Part shown: positions 12,680-25,400 of the stretch, in pieces
Position numbering within the stretch: position 1 is the first letter of the stretch
How the letters are laid out: every line of letters begins with the position of its first letter
From: Takakia lepidozioides
Lineage: Eukaryota > Plantae > Bryophyta
NCBI GenBank assembly: GCA_030704615.1
Contig: CM060731.1
Coordinates: 22,630,001-22,694,000, forward strand
Direction of reading: 5' to 3'
Length of the DNA: 64,000 nt
Notes under the pieces: model-generated
The model's input: only the letters and a program-made list of their open reading frames with translations
The model's database searches: none
Told to the model about the DNA's origin: nothing
Position numbers and translations under genes: made by a program

Positions 12680-12880
12680 AACAGGTTTGATAAGGTCAGT
12701 TTTGTTGTTTACGATCTGGAAGAGTGTCAAGTGGGGCTTGTCCTGAATCTGGTAATGTGATATTTGGTGGATTGAATCGTATCCCTGTATCTCTGTGCTT
12801 TATTTGATTGATTTTTCTCTGTCCCCAAGCAAATGTGGCTTTCTTACCATGCTATCACCAACAGTAGGTTTTTCTTCAGT
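12680..12880 (+). repeat. ~200-bp segment duplicated in direct orientation at 37921-38120
   Basis: GATAAGGTCAGTTT...ACGATCTGGAAGAGTGTCAAG...GTATCCCTGTATCT...TTATTTGATTGATTTTTCTCTG...CCAAGCAAATGTGGCTTTC occurs in both places. Confidence 0.9.
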
Positions 12881-12992
12881 AGGGCATATTGTTTTACGTG
12901 CACAACACTGCACCAACTTCTTTGCATGACATATCCATCCAAAACATCTTATAAACTTCATTTTTACAGAAAGGGGAATTGACTTGATCTCC

Positions 12993-14880
12993 AATTAAAG
13001 GCCTTCTATCACTCTGCTCGATGCTTCTTGAAAAATCATAGCCAAAGCCCTAGCTCGAAGGCTGCAGCCTCTACTTCCTAAAATCATTCGCTCGGTTCAA
13101 ACATGTTTCACCAAAGATTGTATGATCTTAGATAATATTCTCTTTGCATTTGAGGCCTTGAATTATGCGGAAAGTTCTAACCCATCGTTGGCTTTCCTTA
13201 TGCTAGATTTTGAAAAAGCTATTGCTTCTATTGATTGGGAGGTTTTGTCGGGCGCCCTCGTGCCCTCTAGCTCTTTTCTTATTTCTAATTGTGGCCAACT
13301 GTTTGGAGCACCAGCTTGATGCAAGAAATGACATCATTGGTCTCCAACTCTCCCATCCGCACTTTGACTTGCCTCCTAATGTGAAATCATCCACGTATGC
13401 AGATGATACAATGTTGACGCTAGACAATTCCAACCATGAGAATATTGAAAGGGCCCTGTCTGTTCTCAACTCCTTTTGCCTTGCTTTGGGCCTCAAAATG
13501 AATTGGGTAAAGTCAGTGGGCTTGCTATAGAAGCTGCAGGATAATTCTTCTTCTGTGCATTGCACCACCCACTAGAGTACGGAGTTCGGCCTCCGTTAGT
13601 TGGCCAATGGCTCCTCGCACACTCTCCTGGGATTTCCAATTTAGCAACCACCTCACGGAGGAGCAAAGGTTTCAGGGTGTGCTTAAGAAGCTGAAACTGA
13701 AGCTGGTATTTTGGAGTTCGGCGATTATTTCGATTGCCAGGAGAGCTCTAACCCTAAATCAAGTGTTACTGGCTTCCATCTGATATTTTGCAGCTGTTTG
13801 TGCCCCGGGCTCTCAACTCGTCAGTCCATTACGGCGCTTGTGAGGACTTTCTTATGGGGTGCCACTTCTGCTTCTCCGACCCGTAGGGCATTGCTTCCTG
13901 GAAGCAACTGTGCGAAGAATGGGGACTGGGGCTGCTAGACGCAGAAACTCAGATACTGCCCTTTTGGCCAAATAGATCCATTGAGTCTTCTTTCACTTTA
14001 ATAGCCCTTGGAGCAGGCTTATCCCCCCTTACCTGGTGGGTTCCATTCCCAGCTCGTCGCAGAGGTGTGCCCCCTCTCTGCGTTGGATGTTCAAGGAAAA
14101 GGTAAGTGCCTCTCTATCGGTTCCCTAGCGACGTGGAAGTCTTCTTGGAGTGCATGGAGATCCTTGATGCCTCATCTCACTCAAAGAATGCCTTCAATCT
14201 TTGCAGAAGCCATTAGGCAATCAATATTTGAGAATTACAACTTAGATTTGGAGCTGTTGGATTCCTTGAATTCTAAATGGGCTCCTTGGGAGGAGGCTGG
14301 CCTCATGCGCCGGGCAAACATTTTGAGAATGGGGATTTCATTTTGGCTCCCTTGGTATAAGCCTCGTACGTTGGTAAAAGAAGACCCACACTTCTTGGCC
14401 TGTCATTTTGTCGACCCAAATCTCTCCTAACATTCGTCCGTTGCTTTCTGGCGGGCAAGAGCAGTGGCAGCCACGGGCTTGGATGGGTTTTGTCCACCTC
14501 CCCTGTCAAGCCATGATGGTCCTATCTGTGAATGGGCGTCTGCCTCTGGTCTGGTTTCAGGGCCATTCAGACTGGTAAGCTTCTGCTCTACAGTGAGGAT
14601 GGCGTGGCTGTGAAATCAGACTTGTTCCATATCAGGGTCATTGATAACTCATCTGGTGTTCCCAATCCTCTGCATTGGGCCTTACATGCAGACTTTTTCT
14701 GGTTTATCTCCTTTCAATTTACAAGTCCTCCAGTTTGACCCGCGAGAATGGGCATGGATGGATCATATTTGTTAAAGAAAGGAAACCAAAATGACCAGAA
14801 ATGATGGTAAACTGGAAGGATGTCAGGGAGCTCTTCACTGGCGCCTCCACAAGGCTATGAGGATCTCCCTTGAATGGCAC
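12993..14880 (+). mobile_element. Degenerate LINE reverse-transcriptase fragment
   Basis: KIIAKALARRLQPLLPKII, ILDNILFAFEAL, LDFEKA, CPLALFLFLI and YADDT, with stops, frameshifts and an internal deletion. Confidence 0.85.
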
Positions 14881-15089
14881 TTGCCTCTGCATTAAGTCGT
14901 AAATCCCAATTGCCTGCATGAATCCTCCATGGCTCCCATGCATAGGCCGGTATTTCTAGGTCAGTACTTAGTACCATAGGAAATGCCTTAGACCCAAGAC
15001 CAAGAATCTAGCGTGGTTGGTACTGATCATGATTACCTCCATGGAGGTAGTTTGTCACTATTTGCATGAAGATAGGTTAGTGTATTCTT

Positions 15090-15205
15090 ACAACTACCTT
15101 CATGCAAGAAAGATGGACACCTTAGTGACACCAAGGGTGAATTGAACCCACAACCACTTTCGGGGTGGTATGTGCCCATTAGCACTGGGCTACAACTTGG
15201 TTGTC
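15090..15205 (-). mobile_element. tRNA-derived SINE, family 1, partial copy A
   Basis: The minus strand reads GACAACCAAGTTGTAGCCCAGTGCTAATGG (A box) ... GGGTTCAATTC (B box). It is homologous to copies B-D. Confidence 0.7.
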
Positions 15206-15399
15206 AACCTGTGTGTAGGGTTTAGCCAGAGGGCTCCTTATGAGAGCTTGGGCGTTCCTAAACTCATATGTTGTGTCACATGCACTATCGTATGAATGTG
15301 CTACACTGTCCGGCCCGTCCATCCCCCTCCACATATGCGGAGGGCCCGCCACTATAGGCAGACGGTTTTGCAGCGGTGAATCTCACTTGAGATAATTCA

Positions 15400-15556
15400 T
15401 AATATTTGGCACCTCCTGAAAAAAGCGTAAATTATGGTGTGTCTTCACCACGAGGCCTTTCGCTAGGAAGATGAACACGTTTGTGACACCAAGGGTGGAT
15501 TGAACCCATGACCACTTCTGGAGGTGGTATGTGCCCATCGCCATTGGGCGACAACT
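15400..15556 (-). mobile_element. tRNA-derived SINE, family 1, copy B
   Basis: Same body as 18596-18810 and 47913-48091 (GGTTCAATCC B box; GACACACCATAATTTACGCT 3' part). Confidence 0.7.
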
Positions 15557-15769
15557 CACAATTTTGTTAAGAGCTCTAGAGGAGGGCAAAATTTAACCCC
15601 TTGTAATACAAGGGCCACGTTTCCTGGCCCGGACTCTGGAATGCTCCCATAGCAGTCAGCCCTAAAAAGGGATATCGGTGGTTCAATGGATACCATTCCA
15701 TCCCCCCCCCCCCAACTCATGGCAGTTGGTGCCGACATACTAAATAACAATTAATTTAGCCTTAGGATG

Positions 15770-17644
15770 GAATATTAATCTTGAAACTGACCATCTACCT
15801 TTGAAAGCCTTGCTAACTCCCCGTGAACTCACTGGCAAATTAGCTCGGTGGGCTCTGATTCTGCAAGGCTATGACTTCACCATCTCCTACAAACGTGGGA
15901 AGGATAATGTTAATGCAGATGTTTTGACTTGAGGCGAACCCAAAATCCCTGAACCTTACACTACCTTAAATGACCTAGTCCTTCATGCTGCACGCTCTAC
16001 ACACTTGATGTGCGTGTTTTAGATCCCTATGTCTTGTGTTATTTGTTGGACTATCCTTATGTTCCTCCAGATCTGCTTGACACGTAGGATCTATTTCAGT
16101 TTGATGTTGGTTGATTTTCCCTTGATATTGGTATGAATTCTAGTTTGGTATCCTACAGAAGGGTCTGGTACTTTCCCTTACCTTAGAATTGATCTTCTTG
16201 TCTTGCGCCTGCCTTGGTTTGTATCCCGATCGAGGGACTGAGCTACGCCTTACAGCCTGCTTGCCTCCTCATAGGCAGCCAACTGAAAATGAAGTCAGGA
16301 TTACGAAAAGAAGAGAACGGGGGCTGTCACTTTCTTCTCGCCTGCACTAACCTGCTGTTGTGTGGCCATAAGTGATATAGGCATGGATGATCCATTATAC
16401 GATGTTCTTCTCCATAGGTGCAAAACCGGCACCCATCTTAGTGGCATATCCAAGCTGCTCATGAGGCAAGTCAACTATCACTTACCCAGCCACCGGGAAA
16501 GTGAAGGGAGATTGTTCAAAGTCACTGCTTTGGAAGGTACCTCTGCTGTGGAAGTCCCTTCTAGATCCGCTGTCTCTACTTTGCTCGAATTGTACTATGC
16601 TTCTACTTATGCTGGCCATTTGGGGGTTGCTAAAACTGTCAAGAGATTACAGGAGCAGTATCACTGGAGAAGCTTAGTTAAAGATGTCTCAGCTTTCATT
16701 GCCAGATGTGTGCCCTATCATGCTAAAACCATCATACCTTTGCATTGCCCTCCTTGGGGTGCTGACCTAGGCCTGAGATGGCTAGAGGATGGACAAGCGC
16801 ACACTCTCCTGGACCTTTGATTGCTAAGGATAATGACGAGGTGGTGCAGTTCTTCTTTGATAAGGTGATACTTTGTCATGGTTGCCCTCTTGAGATCCTC
16901 ACAGATCAAGGTACAGTGTTCTGCAACCAACTTATGGAGATTAACTTGTATAATCTCAACACTAAGCATGCCGTTACTGCTCATTACAATCCCCAATGCA
17001 ATGGTTTGACAAAACGATTTAACCAAACTATATACCAGATGCTCAAGAAGAATGGAATACTCATTGATGAATGGGATATTGTTGTGCCTATTCTGCTCTT
17101 TGCCTATAGGACTTCTATCCATGCCAGTACCAAAATCCCACCTTTTAAACTTTTGTATGGTAGGAAATGTAGAACTCATTTGCATATCTCCTGGCTGCAG
17201 GTATCCGCAACTGAGCGTAAGAACTGGGAAGTTTTTTTGCTTTCCATGGATGCTAGACGACGTAGTTTACGTGAAACTACAAAATCTAACATTGTGTTTG
17301 CCCAAGCTGCTCAGGCCAAGAATTACAATAGACGTGTTGTGTATTCTGAGTCATTCAAGGTAGGCCAGTCTGTTTGTGTCAGGCTCCATCCTGGTAAGCA
17401 GATCTCTAAGGCCAAACGTAGAATTGATGGCCCTTACCTTATCTCTGATATCCTACCTGGCAGGCAGTATATCTTGTTCCCCCAGCATGCTTCTACTCCT
17501 CACTTAGCTAGCTCCATTCATGTTTCATTGTTTGTTCTATGCACTCTTACTTTTTATTTGAATGTTGAGAACCGTCAGGTGATCTTCACCCCCACAGCTC
17601 GGACAGCTCGTACTCAGACCATGGCATCTTCTTCTTTAGAGTAG
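15770..17644 (+). mobile_element. Truncated Ty3/Gypsy pol remnant (RNase H plus integrase)
   Basis: RNase H: ETDHLPLKALL...GKLARWALILQGYDFTISYKRGKDNVNADVL. Integrase Zn finger: GHLGVAKT...HWRSLVKDV...RC. Core: ILTDQGTVF...YNPQCNGLTKRFNQT. Confidence 0.88.
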
Positions 17645-18134
17645 TTTTTGAGTTTCATGCTAGTTTTCTGCACCAATTGTAGCACTTGGGGTTTTTCCTA
17701 TGGGATGTTTTGTCCTCCAGCCAGCTTGCAGGGTGAGGTTTTATTCCCTAGGTTTTTTCTTCCCTTGTGTGCCGGGTGTGTAGTTTGTTTTGGCTAGGCT
17801 TCGTTTTTGTTCTTTCTGAGCTCATCACTCGTAGGAGCTCGCAGTTTCTTGTGGCCCCAGCAAACTTCACATATTTGGAGCTGGGATTCTTTCTCACCTT
17901 CATTTTCGACATGGATGAATGGAGGAGGGATGCGCTCCAGATGATTTAGGGATGGACGGAGCCATGATGAAGTCTGGATGAACTTACACCTTGCGCATGA
18001 GGATGAGCTGGCAACAGCTGATGACTTTATTAAGTGCTGTCTTATTCTAACAACTAGTTTAGGATTAGATTAGGATAGATCTGGTGATCTGGCTTCTTTC
18101 TATGGCTATGCTGGAAGGGCATCTGGTGGGCCTA

Positions 18135-18353
18135 TGTGTAAGTGCCACACAACACTAGGATTAGATTATGACCTAATACTATTTAAGCCTCACTGCCGTG
18201 GCAGTGAAGGTGGTGGCATTTGGATCTTACGCGAGTGTACGCTGGGTGTAACGGTGTGCTTGAGTATGTGGATAAAAGTGCTTTGAAGTCCGACTCAGTT
18301 GCGTCCTCTTCGTGAGATTCCGTCTTCTCAGTCAAGCCCATCTATCGACTACA
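18135..18353 (+). repeat. Possible 3' LTR of the upstream Gypsy remnant
   Basis: A TG...CA bounded segment after a purine-rich tract, containing TATTTAA and GATAAAA. No partner LTR was found. Confidence 0.25.
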
Positions 18354-18595
18354 TTCCCCAGATAGGATTAAGTACGGTAGAGGAAGGGGAACAAACCCAT
18401 ATCGCCGGAATCAAACTTCACAAACCTTCAGGGAATATTCTATTTAAACCACAGCTGCTAGTTACATGTGGGGGAATTGGAGTTGCCCATGAAATTTGGC
18501 ACTAGTGAAGCATAGCATTTCCAAAAGCAAGTTTAAGTTATGAGATCTTGAGGAAAAGCACCACGCCTACTAACCCCCAAACCTTAGCACTTGCA

Positions 18596-18810
18596 GACAA
18601 CCAAGTTCTAGCCCAGGGTAATTGGCACATACTCACCACATCGGAAGTGGTTGTGGGTTCAATTCATCGATCACAAAGGTGTCCACGTGTCCAATGTCCA
18701 CCTTCCGGTTGGAGTGCAGTAGCCCTTGGGGATCAAGAGACACCATAATTTATGCTTCCTTGGGGAGGCCTCACATATTATCATCATCATTATTATTATT
18801 ATTATTATAA
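18596..18810 (+). mobile_element. tRNA-derived SINE, family 1, full copy C
   Basis: A box TAGCCCAGGGTAATTGG, B box GGGTTCAATTC and an (ATC)n(ATT)n tail. Flanked by the direct repeat AGCACTTGCA (18586-18595 and 18817-18826). Confidence 0.8.
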
Positions 18811-20541
18811 GCACTCAGCACTTGCAGGATAAGTATCATGATATGAGCCCCAAACCATGATTGCGGTGATTGTACAATGTGCACTGCTCCTACCAGCTCT
18901 GTGACCCGCTGCTTCTAAAAGTTAACACCTGAGAGCCAGCCTGAATGAATGCTTGTCTAAACAACTCAACACTCCACCCAAAAAGTGTTATTCGTGAGCT
19001 TCCACGGCCAAGATGACTTGATGACACTGTAGTAGCGAATTCCTGCTAGAAGCAATCACAGTGACGTGGATCTTTAGAGCCACGCAATGTGGGTGGGTGC
19101 GAGATGGGGGCGTTGGTGCCATGGTGGGTCTTGTGGGTTGCGTGCGGCCCACAGAGGATTCGCGAGAAACCATGTCCATATTTTTCGGGTGGTCAATCTG
19201 CATGCAGACTGTAGGATCCACACACACAGACTTGTACAACCGTCCAACACTAGTCCGATTCCATTTGGGGGAGGTGACAGGTCGCAGCTCTGCCCACGTT
19301 TGTTTTGCACCTGACCCTCACCTGACATGCTCCTGCGTCGAGTCCCGACACTTTCTTTTGCTCCAGCCCTGTGCCAGCCGACTCGCTGGCCCTACATAAG
19401 TACTATATAAGTACATACGTACGTCAAATTTGGAAATTTAAGATGTCTATCCTTTGTTTTGACTCACACCGACAAGTATCGCAGACCTATGCAGGGTGAG
19501 AGATCAGACGAGCTTGGAAATTTCAGGAAGGCGGAACATGTGCTATTTTCGTGGATCCAAGGTCATGGATCTCCACCTCGTCTAAGTACTACTCAGATCC
19601 GATACTTTCCTCGATGTTGCAGAATCCACCCAGTTCCTCGCCCTGATACCGGTCTGTGAGTTTCTTACAGTGCCTAACAGTGTCAACTATTAAAACAATG
19701 CAGTTGAAAACCAAGTTGTGTGGATTGCAAAGTATTGTGTTGAAATTGTGAGCTCAGATTGTTCCATATGCCAAGATGTAGGAAACTCATATACAAATTG
19801 CACATTTCTTCTCTAGAGTGTCCTTTCACGGTGCTGCTCGCCACTTCATTGACTTTCACAAGAGGGTATGTCATCATGGGTAACCCCCAGAATTGACACG
19901 AGATTCAGACGTTTTGACAGTTGCAGGGCCAAAGAGTTCTGACTACCCTTCATCACCCATGCGAGACACATGTCTAAGTGGTACCAAAACTGTAACTTGG
20001 CTCAACCATCGATTAAGAAAAACATGTGTGAGTGTTACATTGACGAGTAGGAAGACAACGGTTTCTAGCGCTGCAGTAAGGCTAGTGTCCGTGACCGCAG
20101 TGGTTATACTCACTGCAGAAAAGTGCTGTCCATCCATCACTGTGAACTATTATGCAACAACAGCTGCATTCATGACATGGAACTCGTCTGAATTTGCATA
20201 ATCCACTTGAGTGTACACTTTGTGCAAGCTCCCGCAGTTGCTACTGATCTGTGGAGTAGTGTCCCCGAAGCACTCCTTGGCATGGTCAGCGATCATCTGT
20301 CGTTAAGGCACAGCACAATGCACATGGAGCTAGCCACACTAGGATGTTACAACTTGTGAGTCTGTCAAGCTCAGGAGTGTTGTTTAATCTGAATTGAAGC
20401 TAGCTAGGCTATCATTAGATACCTGGTGGACATCACACTCCGGTGACCTTTCAGTAGCTGGCTCTTCAATGTCAATCCTCAAATGTAGGCTACACGAGGT
20501 TCTCCATGAGACTTTCTGTGAAGTATTGCACTTTGGAATAC

Positions 20542-22496
20542 TTAGATGGATTTGCGAACATTTTCGCTCCGAGGATCCGTATTTTCTGGATCATCAAGAG
20601 CTAAAGTGGCACTACTGTGCTTGGATTGGTGGTGCAGCTCATAGTACATCACGTCGACGTAAAACTTCCTAGTGCGGACAATCAGGATGATGCACAAGAT
20701 GCATCCGAAGAGGCACATGCCTGCCATGATGAGAAACGTAAGGCGAAAGCAAGTGGTGCCTGTACACGAAAGTTGATCCCCCGATGGAGTGAATAATTTT
20801 TCAGTAATTTTTGTCATCAATCTGCGTCCAAGCGTTATACTTGGAATCCGATGCGGATTTTGCTTCTGGGCCTCCGTATCGTACAGATATCCAGCAACCC
20901 GCACCGAGAAAAAGTAGGAGCCGACAGGACTGGCCATAGTGACTGCATTGAGCAGTGTCCCAAAATGCCTCAAGCCAAATATCTCAGAAGTTGTAGCAGG
21001 TACCAGTGCCCAGTGAGCTCCAAAGTTCAGGCCGATAACAACAGATCCCATGTAGAGTGAGCCTGGTAGAGCCCATGCCATTATAATGTGCCCGACAGCC
21101 AGACTTAGGTGCGCAAAAAGGAGGAAAACTGGCCTTGGAACTCCCATCTCATGTAAGCAAATCTCGGAGAGAGCTCCAGACCCCAAACGTCCAAGGAAAT
21201 TCCAAATCGATACCAATGACACGAACGTGGTGACCTTGCTCGCTGGGTACCCAAGGGAGGCTCCAATCTGACCAAGATTATCCATGGCTGTGAGCCCAGA
21301 TCCCATCCCAATTCCTGCAATTAAAATGAGAAGCCAGAAATCTACGGTTGCCAGAGCCTGTATTAAATTGTGATCATTTCCTCTGTCGGGGAAATGGCCC
21401 AACCGGCTTAGTCCCCAATCTCCTTCCGATTCGTCCTGCTCTGCGCGAGTTCCATCGACACTGCTTTCAGTCCTTGATGAACTGGCAGTATCAACTATGC
21501 TAACATTTCCGCTTTGATCGTCCCGGCCTTGTAAATCGCCACTTTTTCCAGTGCGCCAATTACTTGCAAATGTGCCATAGTCGCTTAAAGATGGAGCAGA
21601 TTCTGCTGCAGCAATGCTTGTTTTCTCGTCACCCTCGACCTGTAACAATGGTTCCCTCTCTGATGTGCTTGACTTCTGTTGCAAAGTTTCAAGCTGGGAT
21701 GCCACGACCAACCCGAGAGGACAGAGGAGAATGAAAAGGATGACCAAGCACACACACAGGCTGGCTGATACCGAAAAGGCCACTGAATTCTGCACCATAA
21801 TGATGCCCATGAGATAGGCTGCCAAAGTGACTGCGACGATGGAAAGCAAAAGGAAGTAGGGAGATTCTTTTCTGTCTATTCCAATAGTCGGGGCACTGAT
21901 TGGAAATACACCAAACATGAAAACGAGAGAGATGAGAGAAGGAAACCATGAGAGAAATAAAAGGACAGAGGATGGGTTGGAGCCATAGAGTACATGGTGG
22001 ATCTGCGTTAGGATGGCAGCACTCAGACCGATACAACCTTTCATTAACCCAATGACCGTGCCTCGACTCATTGGAAAGTTCTTCACTAAAGACACGATCA
22101 CTGCAGTGATGAAGAAGGTTTGGCCGTTAGAACCCACAAAAAGATACAGTGACATTTGCCACACAGCAGGCCTCGCCACTCGACTGGTCACTGCCAACCA
22201 TGCCATCCCATATCCACTGCTGACCTGCACGGCTCCAACGATAAACACAGCCCAAGTTGGCATGAAATCGTAGAGCAACCCCGAGACCAAACCCACGCTA
22301 CCATCTTGAAAAATGCCAGTGTGTCCAGTGTCTGCTGGTCATACAGTAGTGAGTTTTTTATGGCCCCCGAGTACTCGCTGTACATATATGATGTGCCGCT
22401 AGAGCACATAATCCAGATGCCCACGGCCATCATCATCCACCGATTCCTCATCACCCCCATCATATTGCTAATCCAGGAGCTCCCTGCGCTTTCCAT
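20542..22496 (-). CDS. Nodulin-like / NFD4-like MFS transporter, intronless, with one apparent frameshift near 22300
   Basis: N-terminus NRWMMMAVGIWIMCSSGTSYMYSEYSGAIK...YDQQTLDTLAFFK continues in another frame as VGLVSG...KNFPMSRGTVIGLMKGCIGLSAAI...DFWLL...DNLGQIG...SIWNFLGRL...SEIFGLRHFG...CTGTTCFRLTF. Confidence 0.85.
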
Positions 22497-25400
22497 GTAA
22501 CTTTGAAGTCGAACTGGAGCTAGATTTCCTCTGTCGCTTTTGTTCAAAGTGTTCATATCATGGTGAAGTTCGACAACTGGAACATTTGAGCATGTCTACA
22601 GGTTCCCGTCTGTCGCGCGGGGTCTCATGTGGCCACAAGGCAACGGCAAACAACGACTTAAATGAGTTCATTCTCTCTCTTCAGGGCCCTAAGTACCCGT
22701 CTCCCTTGTCAAGCTCCGCCCAGCAACCTTCGCCCTTCATTTAAGTGGATTGAAGTACCTACCGGCTTGTCTACGTAGGACACTATGACCTCCTCGCAAC
22801 AAACTCTCTGTCATCACCATCAGTCCCACATGTTTACATGCATGACGAAACAGTTGACTGAACGTTCAACATGTTCTCTTAGGTTTTTCTCCCCCGAATA
22901 CCTTTATGGCATCAATTCCAAGTTCGACGAGCGCCGCCAGAGTGGCGACACTGGTCAAGAGTAGACCCGTCTCTCGTCTATTCTCTATTAATATGCACAG
23001 TTTGGTCGGCAGAACTGTGATACATCACACATGACCCTCTCAGTAAGCTCACAGGCCCCATTTAAGCTTCCACAATCATCTTGTATATCATAAAAGTACC
23101 ATGATAGCCAAAATGGTGCAAACTGTCTGAATTTGAAGGATATGATGATGAGTCTAGTTTACAGGGCCCGCACACTTGTGACCTGATGACTCCCAGATTG
23201 ACTGGTTAGTCATGATGAGGATGGCCTTTTCTGGAGAACTGATTGATGGAGGCTGCTGAAAGCGGGGAGGACGGAGCAGCTGGGTAAGGAAAAGTTAGGC
23301 GCCTCAGACAGGACAACGCCAGAATCTTTCTGAACAAAAATATCAGTTGGGTTGTATATTTTGGGCCTCTCGTCGCACAGCTGTGTGGGCCCCCTTGTTC
23401 TGTTTGTGTTTGTGGATGGTACTCTTGAGCTTTCTCTGGCAACAGCTGTACCACTGAATCAGTGGTGACCCAATATCGTTACGGACCCTGCTCAAATATC
23501 TCCCTTCTTACTTGAATACATCCCACCAAGGCGCTGCAGATTGGACTATTACCTTTTAGAGAGAAACGACTGGATGGAAACTTTGAGACAAGTTGATCCA
23601 GTCACGCCTCAGATGTATGTCCTAGTACTGTTGGATTCATCAGCATTGTGACAAGCGGATCTCCACTAGCGGATCTCCTACCAGCGCTGGGGCGATGAAG
23701 ATGACACAGTGTGCTGACTCGCTGTGGTTATCGCCAGCTCCGCAGCCACCATCTTCCCGTAGGATTGCCAAGGTGGATACCTATCCTGCACCAAAACAAG
23801 CTGTGCTGATGATGTGGGCGATTTCTGTGCCAAAATAAAAAATTTGGCAAGAGCAAATGGCAATCCAGTTTGCAATATAACACACAATATTAAAGACGAA
23901 GGCTCTTCTGCTGCTTCGTTGTGACTGGTGCGGAAGGAGCTCCCTAGCTCAAATTCGAGCTGTGTCCATCTGAACTTGCCAGTGTCCTTTTTGGACCCGG
24001 AAGTGTGAGGACCAAGTCGTCCCATTCTCTATCAACTTTTTAACAACCTCGGGTTTTGCTGTTGCGCACGGTCCGACCTTCGGACCGCTCATGCATTGGT
24101 GGCTTTCATGATCTACCTGCGCCAGGTGACACCCACCTCGCAATCCCCCCCCCCCCACATTGTGTTCGTTGATTCACGATGTACACTAACAAGACAAACG
24201 AAGATACTCGTATCAAAACATATACTTCTCGGAGTAGTGTTCCATTTCAGTTCCATCCTCATGTGCCCATGTGGTACCGGCTACAGTACTCATAAGAAGC
24301 GCTATACCTTCGTACCTTCCTCATCTTACTAGTTTCATCGGTGAACTCCCCAGCCAAAGTACCCGTACGATCCTGCACTACTGAATAGAGCCCACCCCCC
24401 AAAGGGGGCAGTACCCACCCACACGGGGAAGAGGCTCTTATTTACGCTAGCTTGGGCTGGCGTCATATATATATATGTGCACTACTGTTGTTTATGATGC
24501 GATTGTCGTGTACCCGTTACCCCTATGATGAGATGATACGTTTCTTGGATCTGTCCCTTCTTTCCACCAGAAAAATAGGGGTGCACCTTGATGTCACATG
24601 GGTTACTGTTTTCAGTGAACCTTTGCAAGCTTGTAGTATTATACCGATATGAAAAGTTATACCTTACTGCATTGGTTCTTTTCAGCGCACCTTCTTTCTG
24701 CGTGTACACAGACATTCACAAACACGCCTACATTATAACATTACAAAGAAGACAGCGCGTAATTGTGAGCCACTTCGCCCTCACTGCTACTGGTGCCTTT
24801 CTAGGGATGAGCTCTAGATACAACTTAATGGACAGAAGAGCCTAAGCCGCTTGCCCCATCATCAATCTTTTTGCCATTGGAAAATGTTTTTGAAGTAAGG
24901 AGCTTGAGAGGACGCATCAGTGAAAGGAGCTTCACTACTTCAATGGTGGGGTCTCCTTTCCGCAAGGTTCATTCGCAAATCCGCTGCTAAAAGATTGAGC
25001 ACGAGGGAGGAGTAGCCCCACAACGAATCGTCCGATCAATTGGGTCATGCTGACATGGAAGAATCTGAAGACTTCTTACGGGAAGAAGGGAATGTGTTCG
25101 GAAGGCTCTTTTTAGAGTTGGTTACATGGACATAGAGCTGTACTGGAATTTCACTGTGGATTCCAACAGCACCAACACTCTCTGAAAAGCCACAACGTTA
25201 AGTCACAATACTAGGTCAAGACACGAAAAGCATGTTGCCTACAGCAATCATATTCCACTGTCTGATGGTGTGCAGGACGATCTGTTATTAGGATTGCAGG
25301 TCTGTGTGATGGTGTTGCACATGTTTGTGTAAGGTACCCGCAACATTAGGTCACCATATTGATGTTTACAGAAACCAAATGCTGCTGTCTGATCGTGTAG

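Noticed and set aside
24383-24450. Helitron 3' end (GC hairpin plus CTAG)
   Set aside because: CTAG is not followed by T, the hairpin spacing is atypical, and no 5' end or second copy was found.
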